Positions 18,394 to 29,909 of a stretch of DNA of 54,230 nucleotides are shown here, one piece after another. Positions within the stretch are counted from its first letter, which is position 1. Every line of letters starts with the position of its first letter. Source of the DNA: Acaryochloridaceae cyanobacterium VAR_48_metabat_390 (GTDB taxonomy: Bacteria > Cyanobacteriota > Cyanobacteriia > Thermosynechococcales > Thermosynechococcaceae); contig JANPLU010000079.1 of the NCBI GenBank assembly GCA_031422435.1, positions 1 to 54,230 on the forward strand, read 5' to 3'. Under the pieces are notes generated by a model. That model did no database searches, was not told the DNA's origin, and saw only the letters and a program-made list of their open reading frames with translations. Both the position numbers and the translations under genes were made by a program.

Positions 18394-19206
18394 ATGGGTA
18401 AAACTCATCAGGCCTCCTCCTTACTCGTCGCACAGATTTCGGATCTTCATCTCTTTGACGATGAACAACAAAACCTGTTGGGTTGGAATACGTGGGAGTC
18501 TTTAGCCCAAATCATGCAGCAGTTAGAGCGTTCTACGCCTCGCCCTGACATGATTCTGCTGACGGGTGATTTATCTCAAGATGAAACCGAGGCGTCGTAC
18601 AGAAAAATTGTGCGGTATTTCACAAGCGTTGGTATTTCGACGTACTGGCTCCCTGGAAATCATGACCATGTTCTCACGATGGCGCGAGTGCTAGATCAGC
18701 CTCCGGTGTATGCAGACAAAAGTGTTAACAAGGGCGGTTGGCAGTTTCTTCTCCTCAATACGAATGTGCCAGGTCAGGTACATGGCGCCCTAAGTGCAGA
18801 CCATTTAGAGTGGCTTGAAGCGCAATTGGCAGCTCTTGCATCCCATCAGCCCACCCTGATTTCTATGCATCATCCTCCCTTTTGGGTAGGTTCGCCTTGG
18901 CTAGATCAAAGTGGCCTGCAAAATACAGAAGCTTTTTTTAAGATTATTGATCAATACCCGCAGGTTCAGCTGGTGCTGGTGGGACATGTCCATCAGGAGT
19001 TTGAGTGTATGCGTAATGACGTTATGTATTTGAGTACGCCTTCAACCTGTATTCAGTTCATGCCCAACAGCCCTAACTTTGCGCTCGATTATAATAATCA
19101 ACCTGGTTTTCGACTGCTATGGCTGCATCCCGATGGAACTTTTAAGACGGTAGTAGAACGCGTGGGTGTTAAGCAAATTCTTAATTTAGCGGCGCAAGGA
19201 TATTAG
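18394..19206 (+). CDS. cpdA: 3',5'-cyclic-AMP phosphodiesterase
   Basis: ISDLH, TGDLS, PGNHD, HHPP, GHVH, PSTCIQF. Confidence 0.9.
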   Translation: MGKTHQASSLLVAQISDLHLFDDEQQNLLGWNTWESLAQIMQQLERSTPRPDMILLTGDLSQDETEASYRKIVRYFTSVGISTYWLPGNHDHVLTMARVLDQPPVYADKSVNKGGWQFLLLNTNVPGQVHGALSADHLEWLEAQLAALASHQPTLISMHHPPFWVGSPWLDQSGLQNTEAFFKIIDQYPQVQLVLVGHVHQEFECMRNDVMYLSTPSTCIQFMPNSPNFALDYNNQPGFRLLWLHPDGTFKTVVERVGVKQILNLAAQGY

Positions 19207-19231
19207 TCTTTTCTTTCTGCTTTGCTTATGG

Positions 19232-19792
19232 TTAGGGCTTATGGTTTTGAATAACTGCGTCAAACGAACGATTGCTGCTGCTGAACTGCCAAACTGGGCT
19301 AACAGATTTAACGTCAATGCCAAGCAGGGCAAGTACCAAGACGCTACTCACACCCACTAAAGCACCTGTGGTGAGATGAACCCGCGATCTCAGCCGCCGA
19401 ATTTCGTGCTGATACAGTGCGATTGGCTCAACGGTGACTTGGGGTGCCTGGGGGCGCTTTGTCTCACGTAAAATTCTGCCCTGAAGCCACTGGGTAATGA
19501 GTTGCGGACATTTTTTCTGCACCCAACGGTGGGCAACAAAGATCAGCGCTGGCTTGGATACTTTTGCAAGGGGGCGAGCCAAAGGCCGAAGGGGTCGAAT
19601 CCGTACCCTATCGTTGATGAGATGGACAGTTCCAACGTCTATTAAACAGGACAAAATCGCCTTAATAGTGATCTGTTCACGGTCTAAGAGATTTTTGAGC
19701 AAAAACAAAACCTCCTGCATTCGCTCCGCCTCAAGCCGCTGTTCGGCCTCTTGCTCAAGAATTGGGGGGGGAGAACTGGAGGGGGATGGCAT
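19232..19792 (-). CDS. Conserved hypothetical protein with C-terminal TM helix
   Basis: 186-aa ORF filling the gap; hydrophobic C-terminal segment. Confidence 0.7.
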   Translation of the reverse strand: MPSPSSSPPPILEQEAEQRLEAERMQEVLFLLKNLLDREQITIKAILSCLIDVGTVHLINDRVRIRPLRPLARPLAKVSKPALIFVAHRWVQKKCPQLITQWLQGRILRETKRPQAPQVTVEPIALYQHEIRRLRSRVHLTTGALVGVSSVLVLALLGIDVKSVSPVWQFSSSNRSFDAVIQNHKP

Positions 19793-20173
19793 AATAAAGA
19801 GGGAAGCAGTAGCTTGAACCTAATGAATGTAGGAATGCTCTAGCGCACTTCTCTAGTGAACTGGCGTGCAATTTTTCTGGTTCTTTAAGAAGCTCGCACC
19901 ACAAGTATAGCGAACTCGTGTAGGGTATTATTTCGCTATCGTTTACCTGAACCCTGATGCTGCTTAGCATTGGGTACGAGGGCCTCATGAGTTCTCATGC
20001 CTCATCATGATGGTTACATTATTGAGCAGTACGCTGTATCTTGTGGCAAAGTGGCGGGCGGCAATGACGGCAGTAATTAAAATTTGCTCTCAAAAGATAG
20101 TTTGAAGCGACGAGGAAAATAAAGGGACAGGCTAGAGTAGAGAGACGTGAAGAGGCAAGTAGGAAAGAATTAG

Positions 20174-20674
20174 ATGAATAGCTGTGTACTAATGGCAGAA
20201 ATCGTCAAAGCGCCGGAACTGCGCTATATGCAGGACGGACAAACAGCGATCGCAGAAATGACGGTACAGTTTCCGGCCTTGCGATCTGAAGACCCGATGG
20301 AAACCTTGAAAGTGGTTGGGTGGGGCAACCTGGCTCAGCAAATTCAAGAACAGTTCCATGAAGGAGATCAGGTGGTCTTAGAAGGTCGCCTCAATATGGT
20401 GCTGACTGATCGCCCCGAGGGCTTCAAAGAAAAACGAGCAGAACTAACCGTTGCAAGAGTTCATCGAGTGCAGACCGATCTCAACGCACCGCGTATTGCC
20501 AGCACTCCTGCGGCAGGAAATCAGCAAACTAGGCCGCCTGCACCAGCCGCAGCCGCCGTAACGCCAATGGCTGCGCCCAGACCGCCAGCGCCGCCCGCCA
20601 TGCCAGCCCCCATGAGTTCACCACCCGCGCCGCCCAGCGAGTTTGAACCTAACTACGACGACATCCCGTTTTAG
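20174..20674 (+). CDS. ssb: Single-stranded DNA-binding protein (cyanobacterial type)
   Basis: MNSCVLM...PELRY OB-fold, EGRL, Pro/Ala linker, DDIPF tail. Confidence 0.92.
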   Translation: MNSCVLMAEIVKAPELRYMQDGQTAIAEMTVQFPALRSEDPMETLKVVGWGNLAQQIQEQFHEGDQVVLEGRLNMVLTDRPEGFKEKRAELTVARVHRVQTDLNAPRIASTPAAGNQQTRPPAPAAAAVTPMAAPRPPAPPAMPAPMSSPPAPPSEFEPNYDDIPF

Positions 20675-20710
20675 AATGTGCCTGCTGGCGATCGCAGCCG
20701 ACGCTCAACA

Positions 20711-21367
20711 CTATTCTGGTAAGCCTTCAAGGCTGCGACGGGCAACTACGGCATAAAACGGATCTTGCCCACCCGACAGCCACGCCAAGGCAGCAGATTT
20801 AGGCTGAATCGTAATGGCATCCTCTACCTTCAACCCTGGCACTGATGCAGCGTAGGTCTGCACTAGGGCAAGGCGATCAGCTTCGGAGCCATTCCGCCAA
20901 GCCTGGATTGCCTTGTGGTAAAACATTCGGTTAGAAAAGCTGATGATGGCGATGCCATTTGGCTTAAGCACGCGGTAAATTTCGCTAAAGACTGCCTCAG
21001 GATACTGAAGATACTGCACCGAAGCCGTATTCAGCACCGCATCAAAGGACTGGTCGGGCAGCGGCAGCTTTGGATTTTGGTTGAGGTTTTGCACAAAAGA
21101 GTGGTCGAGCCGAGGGTTCCGCGCCAGTTCTTCTGCATTGAGTCCGTGGCCCTCAACATGGGCAAAAGACATCTCTTTGGGTAGGTGAGATACCCAACTG
21201 CTCATCAGGTCTAGGATGCGGGTACGAGGCTGGAGGCGATCGCGGTAAAGCTGGGTCAGGGTTTCCAAAAAACGATCGTCCAAATGGGTGACAAAGCGCG
21301 GCACGCTATAAAACAGCGCATCATCACTGTCATCCAGCTTGGAGCGATCTTGAGATTTAAGGAGCAT
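20711..21367 (-). CDS. Class I SAM-dependent methyltransferase (type 11)
   Basis: FYSVPRFVTHLD, ILDLMSSWVSHLP, SVQYL, SFSNRMF. Confidence 0.88.
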   Translation of the reverse strand: MLLKSQDRSKLDDSDDALFYSVPRFVTHLDDRFLETLTQLYRDRLQPRTRILDLMSSWVSHLPKEMSFAHVEGHGLNAEELARNPRLDHSFVQNLNQNPKLPLPDQSFDAVLNTASVQYLQYPEAVFSEIYRVLKPNGIAIISFSNRMFYHKAIQAWRNGSEADRLALVQTYAASVPGLKVEDAITIQPKSAALAWLSGGQDPFYAVVARRSLEGLPE

Positions 21368-21403
21368 AAAAATATCAAGTTAGTAAAGGTTTTCTAATTG
21401 CCC

Positions 21404-22720
21404 CTAGGCGGCTGATTTTAGCTCACCCGTTTTTACCGGAATGGTCTGGGTACGGCTACCGCGCTTAATCGTTAGATCTAGCACTTGCCCCACTTCGGTC
21501 TTTTCAACCACAGCCTGGAACTGGTTCGCGTTGATCACAGGGTCGCCGTTTATTGCAGTCACTACGTCACCTAAACGCATTCCAGCCTCAGCTGCAGGGG
21601 TATTCGCCAGCACCTTCATGACCAAAACGCCGTTCACTTCAGGCAGGGCTAGGGGTGAGTTGGGGTCTTTATTATTGTCTTGGGCGAGCTTGGGCGTGAG
21701 CGTGGTCATCTGCACACCCACATACGGGTGCAGAATTTTCTCACCTCGAACCAGCTGATCTTTTAGCATTTTGGCTTTGTTAATGGGAATAGCAAACCCA
21801 ATGCCCATCGCATCTGCACGGATGGCGGTATTGATGCCCACCACTTCACCCTGTGCGTTGAGGAGTGGCCCACCGGAATTACCCGGATTAATGGCAGCAT
21901 CGGTTTGGATAAAGTCGAGGCGCTTATTGGGGATGCCCACTTCTGCACTGGGGCGGTGGAGGGTGCTAATAATGCCTAGGGTCACGGTGTTATCTAGGCC
22001 AACGGGGTTTCCCACAGCGATCGCCCAATCTCCCACCTGCATCTCATCGGAGTTGCCCAAGGGCGCGACGGGCAGTTTTCCCTTCACCCCTTGGAGCTTC
22101 ACTACCGCAAGGTCAGACACCTCATCAACCCCTTGAACCTTGCCTTCAAAACTGCGACCATCTTTGAGCGTGACTGAGACCGTATCGGCATCGTTCACGA
22201 CGTGGGCGTTGGTCAAAATAATGCCGCTGCCGTCGATGATAAAGCCAGAACCCTGACCCCTCAAATGGTCTTCTCTAGGATTCATGCCGTAGCCGCCATC
22301 GCCAAAAAAGTCTCGGAATAGCGGATCGCTAAAAAGCGGATCTGTCTGGCGACGAACGACGGTTTTTTCGGTATCAATGCGAACGATAGTATTGCCCACT
22401 TTCTGAACGGCTTCTGCCACAAAGCTATGGGGTGCCGCAGGCTGATCAAATACAGCAGACTTCACAAGGGCTGACTGGGCAGTGGCAGCGGCAACAATCG
22501 CTGGCGACAGATCTGCTGGGGCTGGCTCAGCTTCTGCCCAAGCGGGTGAGGTTAGGATAAGGCTTAAGGATAGAGCGATCGCCGTCATCACACGCAGGCT
22601 ACGGTGAGACAAGCGCATTTTGAGCCGCTGGGCAACAGTCCCAAGGAAGTACCAGTTCATAACATTCTGCACAATGAAGTGGTTCAAAGATATTGGTTTA
22701 AAGTGGTCGCGCTTAAGCAA
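21404..22720 (-). CDS. HtrA/HhoA-family serine protease with PDZ domain
   Basis: TNAHVV, DLAV, QTDAAINPGNSGGPL, C-terminal PDZ; real start probably 22660 or 22618. Confidence 0.95.
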   Translation of the reverse strand: MLKRDHFKPISLNHFIVQNVMNWYFLGTVAQRLKMRLSHRSLRVMTAIALSLSLILTSPAWAEAEPAPADLSPAIVAAATAQSALVKSAVFDQPAAPHSFVAEAVQKVGNTIVRIDTEKTVVRRQTDPLFSDPLFRDFFGDGGYGMNPREDHLRGQGSGFIIDGSGIILTNAHVVNDADTVSVTLKDGRSFEGKVQGVDEVSDLAVVKLQGVKGKLPVAPLGNSDEMQVGDWAIAVGNPVGLDNTVTLGIISTLHRPSAEVGIPNKRLDFIQTDAAINPGNSGGPLLNAQGEVVGINTAIRADAMGIGFAIPINKAKMLKDQLVRGEKILHPYVGVQMTTLTPKLAQDNNKDPNSPLALPEVNGVLVMKVLANTPAAEAGMRLGDVVTAINGDPVINANQFQAVVEKTEVGQVLDLTIKRGSRTQTIPVKTGELKSAA

Positions 22721-22984
22721 GACCTACTACAGAACAGTTTAAGCAAAGTTTTGAAGACTGGGTATTGGTGATCCACTCCCACATCTAAAAATGCGTCAGA
22801 TTCAGGGTGGAGAGAGAAATTGCAAGCTCAGATGGTCTGAGCATCATTGATGACATCATCGTTCGGCTATCAGTCCCAGATGCCTTCGCTCAAAACCCGT
22901 AAGTTTTTATTTTGCGGCCTCCGACTTAATCTAAACTCCGCTTAGGCAGAGGCTGTAGCCATTCATAGATGGCTGCCGCTTGCC

Positions 22985-23953
22985 CTAAAAAGCTGAGTAC
23001 TTCCCACCTAACCCTTCCACAACGGCCTGAGTATTAGAGATCAGCATTTTTTGGTACGTTGAGCCTTCGCTTCCTGGTTCTCCTAATCCATCCGCAAAAA
23101 GTTCTCGGTTAGAGACTTTTACATTGGCATCTTTTGCAACTGTTTCAATCAGCTTAGGGTTAATGGTTAATTCAGCAAAAATGGTTGGCACTTTAGTTGC
23201 CCGAATCGTTTTGACCAGTTCTGCCACTCGACTAGCCGTCGGTTTTTCATCGGTACTAATGCCTCCCAACGCGCCTTCTACGGGAATGCTATAGGCTTTA
23301 GAAAAATACCCCAGCGCGTCGTGGGTTGTTACCAGCTTACGAGAGGCTACGGGAATCGTCGCAACCTGAGCCTTAATCCAGGTGTCGATTTGGGCAATTT
23401 CTTGCGTCATTGCCTGGGCATTTTTGGCATAGAGCGTGGCGTTTTCAGGCGCGACTTTTGCTAAGTTACTTTGAATCGTTTCTACCATGCGAATGCCGTT
23501 TTGAGCATTGTGCCAAACGTGAGGGTCGGTTTCGGTTTGTCCATCTTCTTCAAAGGTCTGTGGGTTCGGTACCGCCACCTCATTCACGGCAATCTTAGGC
23601 GCTGCATTAGAGGTCGCATTGATAATCTTGATCAGGCTCGGCTCAAAATCGTAGCCGCCGTATAGCACCAGTTTGGCTTCTTCGATCGCTTTACGATCTG
23701 CCGGAGTAGGTTCATACACATGGGGGTCAGTGGCAGGCTTAATCGGGCAGGTTAGGTCAACGGTATTTGCCGAAATTTGGGTTGCCATGTCGCAGATAAT
23801 GGTGGTGGTTGCAACCACCTTTGGTCTTGTGCTGATAGCGCTTACTGTCTCGCTGGGGCTACTTTGAGCCGTAAGGGTAGGCGAACTGCAAGACCCTAAA
23901 ACCCCAGCAATACTTGCCGCTGCCGCCGTCTTCCAAAACTGATTTTTGAACAT
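22985..23953 (-). CDS. Zn/Mn ABC transporter substrate-binding lipoprotein (ZnuA/MntC-like)
   Basis: Lipobox LGSC; DPHVYEP, DPHVWH, TTHDALGY, FADGLG; ATG at 23953. Confidence 0.92.
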   Translation of the reverse strand: MFKNQFWKTAAAASIAGVLGSCSSPTLTAQSSPSETVSAISTRPKVVATTTIICDMATQISANTVDLTCPIKPATDPHVYEPTPADRKAIEEAKLVLYGGYDFEPSLIKIINATSNAAPKIAVNEVAVPNPQTFEEDGQTETDPHVWHNAQNGIRMVETIQSNLAKVAPENATLYAKNAQAMTQEIAQIDTWIKAQVATIPVASRKLVTTHDALGYFSKAYSIPVEGALGGISTDEKPTASRVAELVKTIRATKVPTIFAELTINPKLIETVAKDANVKVSNRELFADGLGEPGSEGSTYQKMLISNTQAVVEGLGGKYSAF

Positions 23954-23979
23954 CTTAAAGTGCGCTATAGTGATAACAA

Positions 23980-23994
23980 TGAAAATCGTTCTCA
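23980..23994. promoter_or_regulatory. Putative Zur (Fur-family) box
   Basis: TGAAAAT-C-GTTCTCA imperfect 7-1-7 palindrome (extends to AATGA...TCATT) between the divergent metal ABC genes. Confidence 0.7.
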
Positions 23995-24006
23995 TTTAAG
24001 TTATTC

Positions 24007-24753
24007 ATGTTAGAGGTCGATCACTTAGCTGTCAACTATCGAGGTGTACTCGGGTTAGATCAGGTAAGTTTTAGAATTAATCCAGGGCAGCTCGTGGGCG
24101 TGATTGGCCCTAACGGCGCAGGTAAAAGCACCATGCTGAAGGCAATGCTGGGCCTAATTCCTAGCACCAGCGGCATGGTTTCTTACTGCACCTGTCCGCT
24201 GCATCAGCAGTTAGAGCGGGTCGCCTATGTACCCCAGCGATCGCAGGTGGATTGGGACTACCCCATCACAGTGTGGAATGTGGTCATGATGGCGCGGACT
24301 CGTAGCCTAGGCTGGTTCCGTAACCCAGGTCGCGCAGCTAAAGAAATTGTCAGGGCAGCGTTGGAGCGCGTCGATATTTTAGACCTCAAAGATCGGCGTA
24401 TTGGGGAGCTATCGGGTGGTCAGCAGCAGCGGGTATTTTTAGCACGGGCGTTGGCACAGAAAGCCGAAGTCTTGCTCTTTGATGAGCCGTTTACAGGCAT
24501 TGATAAAAAGACCGAAGGCATTATTCTCGATATTTTTGATGAGCTGCGATCGCAGGGCAAAATTATGCTCGTCAGCAGCCACGATTGGGGACAAACCCTC
24601 ACTTATCTTGATCGGCTGCTGCTGCTGAACCAGCGCCTCATTGCCGATGGTTCTCCTCAGCAGGTAATGACTCCTGAAAATTTGCATCAGGCCTATGGTG
24701 CTTCTCTAAAAACGGCTACTCGCTCCACCTTAGACACCAACCTTTTTTGCTAG
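24007..24753 (+). CDS. Zn/Mn ABC transporter ATP-binding protein
   Basis: GPNGAGKST, YVPQ, LSGGQQQR, DEPF. Confidence 0.93.
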   Translation: MLEVDHLAVNYRGVLGLDQVSFRINPGQLVGVIGPNGAGKSTMLKAMLGLIPSTSGMVSYCTCPLHQQLERVAYVPQRSQVDWDYPITVWNVVMMARTRSLGWFRNPGRAAKEIVRAALERVDILDLKDRRIGELSGGQQQRVFLARALAQKAEVLLFDEPFTGIDKKTEGIILDIFDELRSQGKIMLVSSHDWGQTLTYLDRLLLLNQRLIADGSPQQVMTPENLHQAYGASLKTATRSTLDTNLFC

Positions 24754-24756
24754 ACC

Positions 24757-25641
24757 ATGCTGAGTGTTTTGCTTGATCCGCTCCATTATGAATTTATGCG
24801 GAATGCGATCGCCATCAGCATTTTGATTGGCATTCTGTGCCCAGTGGTGGGCAGCTACCTGATTGTGCAGCGGATGGCGCTGTTGGGGGATGTAATTGCC
24901 CACTGCGTATTGCCGGGGCTTTCCATTTCGTTTTTTCTGGGCATAGATATTTTGATTGGGGCATTTACCTCAGGCGTTCTCAGCACTTTTTTTGTCGCCT
25001 GGATTCGATCGCAGTCACGGGTCACGGTCGATGCGGCGATGGCGCTCACCTTTTCGAGCTTCTTTGCTCTAGGCATCACGCTTATTACCACCCTTAAAAA
25101 CAAAATCGACCTCGACAGCTTTTTGTTCGGCGATATTTTGGGGGTGACACCCCACGATATCTATAGAACCCTCATCATTGCCGCCCTCATTTTGGCGATC
25201 GTGAAGCTGTTTTATAAAGAGCTGCTGTTTTATACCTTTGACCGCACAGGCGCACAAGCAACAGGTTTGCCCGTTAACGCTATTCACTTCGGCTTTACCG
25301 CTGCCGTTACGCTCACCATCATCGCCAGTATGCAGGCCGTGGGCGTAATTTTAGTGATTGCGCTCTTAGTCGGTCCTGCACTGACGGCCTATCTACTGGT
25401 GAAAGAGCTGCACCAGATGATGGGGGTAGGGGCAATGATTGGGGTGTTTGCCAGCGTTGCGGGGGTCTACATTAGCTATTACCAAAACCTGCCCTCTGGT
25501 CCTGCGATCGTGCTGGTATCTTCTACGCTGTTTATTTTTGCGCTGCTGTTTAGCCCAGCCCAGGGTATTTTGACCCGACCTGATTCTGCCGTTTCGCTGA
25601 TGCGTTTACTGAAGCAGAATGGTCTGTCAAAACGGAGTTGA
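24757..25641 (+). CDS. Zn/Mn ABC transporter permease (ABC-3)
   Basis: MALLGDVIAH..LPG, FLFGDIL, FD, VGVILV, PSGPAIV. Confidence 0.93.
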   Translation: MLSVLLDPLHYEFMRNAIAISILIGILCPVVGSYLIVQRMALLGDVIAHCVLPGLSISFFLGIDILIGAFTSGVLSTFFVAWIRSQSRVTVDAAMALTFSSFFALGITLITTLKNKIDLDSFLFGDILGVTPHDIYRTLIIAALILAIVKLFYKELLFYTFDRTGAQATGLPVNAIHFGFTAAVTLTIIASMQAVGVILVIALLVGPALTAYLLVKELHQMMGVGAMIGVFASVAGVYISYYQNLPSGPAIVLVSSTLFIFALLFSPAQGILTRPDSAVSLMRLLKQNGLSKRS

Positions 25642-25751
25642 ACAGCCTTGAATTGAGTGTTGGCTTGTAAAGTAAGCCGATTATCTGTTGTACCGTCCCT
25701 CCTCTCCAATGCGTAGTTAGACAAGTGCAAAAAATGATAAGCCACTGAAAG

Positions 25752-26114
25752 CTATCTTACTGAAGGATCTCTATTATCAGTAATGTTAAACTCTGGAGCC
25801 ACATAGTACTTTGTATCGTTGAGATCTAAGCCATGTTTCATCCAAATATTTATATGGAGAGTTCTGGTACCCTTCGGTGACGTAAAAGTCCCTCCACACA
25901 CTGCGCTACCACAGATGAACTCAGGCCAACCACGTCCAGCGTAATTTTTAACAGAACCAGGTTTAGGTTTCCATCCTTCCTTAATCAACCCTTCTCTGTA
26001 CACGCTGTAGAGAGGTAAACCATCTGTTGGCATTATCTGAGCAACCGTGGGAAACACAATCCCAGTGGAAAGCATAATTGCAGCAGGTAGTAGTTTCAAA
26101 ATTCTCTTTCCCAA
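25752..26114 (-). CDS. Small secreted hypothetical protein, paralogue 2
   Basis: Signal-peptide-like N-terminus; YRxxLIKxGWKP, WPExxCGxxxC, YYVAP shared with 26120..26434. Confidence 0.75.
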   Translation of the reverse strand: MGKRILKLLPAAIMLSTGIVFPTVAQIMPTDGLPLYSVYREGLIKEGWKPKPGSVKNYAGRGWPEFICGSAVCGGTFTSPKGTRTLHINIWMKHGLDLNDTKYYVAPEFNITDNRDPSVR

Positions 26115-26119
26115 AACTG

Positions 26120-26434
26120 CTACGGGTTATCGTCAAAGTTTATTGCTGGAGCTACATAGTATTCAGTGGCATCCAGACCTACTTGCATCCATACGGAAAG
26201 TTCTAAGGTTTTCTTCCCCATTGGAGATCTAAAGACAGCGGTACAGAATGTGCGACCACATCCAAGTTCAGGCCACTCCAAAGGATTTGTCTTCGATGCG
26301 ACAGGGCTGGGTTTCCACCCTGTTTTAATAAGTTCCTTTCGGTAGAGGCCATAAGGTGTTAAGCCTTCGATAGGCATTGCTTGAGTAGGTAAAGCTACAG
26401 CATAGAAGATCGATGCAAATATGAGCTTATTCAT
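26120..26434 (-). CDS. Small secreted hypothetical protein, paralogue 1
   Basis: Signal peptide ending TQA; same motifs as 25752..26114. Confidence 0.78.
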   Translation of the reverse strand: MNKLIFASIFYAVALPTQAMPIEGLTPYGLYRKELIKTGWKPSPVASKTNPLEWPELGCGRTFCTAVFRSPMGKKTLELSVWMQVGLDATEYYVAPAINFDDNP

Positions 26435-26539
26435 ATTAGTTTGGGGCTACGCTTTGGCATTACCTTTGTCTTATTTTTACGAATGGAATTCTCACACAAA
26501 TGTATGCATAAATATCTACATCTTTTATAATCCATCTAC

Positions 26540-27529
26540 TTAAATCTGGAGGGCTTTAGCTGAATCTGCCGCTTGTGAAGGTATCCGCGAAGAAGCGCGA
26601 ACCGCACGAAACATTCCAAAGCGACATAGCCCTGCACCAAAGGCGAGACGCATCAGCAAAATAGTGGGCACTTCTCGTAAAGACTTGATAAACCCCGACA
26701 CGCCAAAACGCACTAATCCTTTGGGTCGAATCACGCCTTGCCAGATCGAATCAATCCAAGAGGGCAGTGTGGGCTTCGTCCAGTCTGCGGTGGTGACGCT
26801 GCCCTTTACAAAACCCGTCGCCTCCAACAGCTCAGCAAACCCTTCAATGCTTGAGAATGCAGGATGCGACCACTGATCAAGCAACTGCTGCATCACAGGC
26901 TTCTCCCAAAAATTCAGCGGGATGCGGCGATCGTCTCGCTGATTCCAGTCTGCAACCGCTAACACGCCACCTGGCTTAAGCACTCGCATTAGCTCTTTTG
27001 CAAAAGTGGCTTTATTTGGCATGTGGGGGCCAGCCTCAATCGACCACACCACATCAAAGCTGCCGTCTGGAAACGAAAGCGCCATTGCGTCATCCACCAG
27101 AAACTGCACATCCAAATCCGTGGGCGTTAGCTCCTGGGCGCGTTTGACCTGCTGAGGACTGATGGTAATACCCGTCACGGCAAATCCGTAATCTCGCCCT
27201 AAAATACGGCTGCTGCCTCCAATGCCACAGCCTACGTCTAACACCGTGGTGCCAGGGGGAAACGCATCTAAGCCTGCCCAGCGCACCATTTCATGCACAA
27301 AGTCTGCTTTTGCGGTCAGAAAATCTTTTCGCTGGGGTGGCACACCGTAATGCCCCAGATGGATATGCTCCCCCCAGTAAAACTCTAAGATGCCGTCCTC
27401 TGTCCACTGGTCATAGGAAGTAGCGACCGTACTAGAAGATTGATAGCGACGAGCGGTGAGCAGGTAGATGATAAGGGCGATCGCCAGCGCAACCGCCAGA
27501 ACTCCCAGTACCGAAAACATTGCGTTCAT
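26540..27529 (-). CDS. MPBQ/MSBQ-type methyltransferase (tocopherol/plastoquinone pathway, sll0418-like)
   Basis: YDQWTEDGILEFYWGEHIHLGHYG, LDVGCGIGGS, SIEAGPHMP, ADWNQRD. Confidence 0.88.
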   Translation of the reverse strand: MNAMFSVLGVLAVALAIALIIYLLTARRYQSSSTVATSYDQWTEDGILEFYWGEHIHLGHYGVPPQRKDFLTAKADFVHEMVRWAGLDAFPPGTTVLDVGCGIGGSSRILGRDYGFAVTGITISPQQVKRAQELTPTDLDVQFLVDDAMALSFPDGSFDVVWSIEAGPHMPNKATFAKELMRVLKPGGVLAVADWNQRDDRRIPLNFWEKPVMQQLLDQWSHPAFSSIEGFAELLEATGFVKGSVTTADWTKPTLPSWIDSIWQGVIRPKGLVRFGVSGFIKSLREVPTILLMRLAFGAGLCRFGMFRAVRASSRIPSQAADSAKALQI

Positions 27530-27572
27530 TCAGAAAAAGCCTCATTCAAGCCCACATATTTCAAGGTAGCGA

Positions 27573-29772
<2,200 letters not shown>

Positions 29773-29857
29773 TCGTTATCTCCTGTTTTAAGGTGTTGTT
29801 GCCTTAATATACTGCGGCTTTTGAGTTGAATGGGTTTTGTCATAGGGTTTTACTCGA

Positions 29858-29891
29858 CAACTAGATGAATTCTAGTTGAAATTCGTTTCAA
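29858..29891. promoter_or_regulatory. Two adjacent palindromes upstream of the desaturase operon (operator or mnmA terminator)
   Basis: CAACTAGA-TGAAT-TCTAGTTG (29858-29878) and TTGAAA-TTCG-TTTCAA (29876-29891). Confidence 0.4.
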
Positions 29892-29909
29892 GCCCCTATG
29901 TTTGAACTT

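Noticed and set aside
20500..20674. GC-rich Pro/Ala low-complexity repeats
   Set aside because: Ordinary disordered SSB linker ahead of the DDIPF tail
23954..23995. Track start of the metal SBP at 23995
   Set aside because: It would overlap the Zur-like box and leave 11 bp for two promoters; the lipoprotein signal fits ATG 23953
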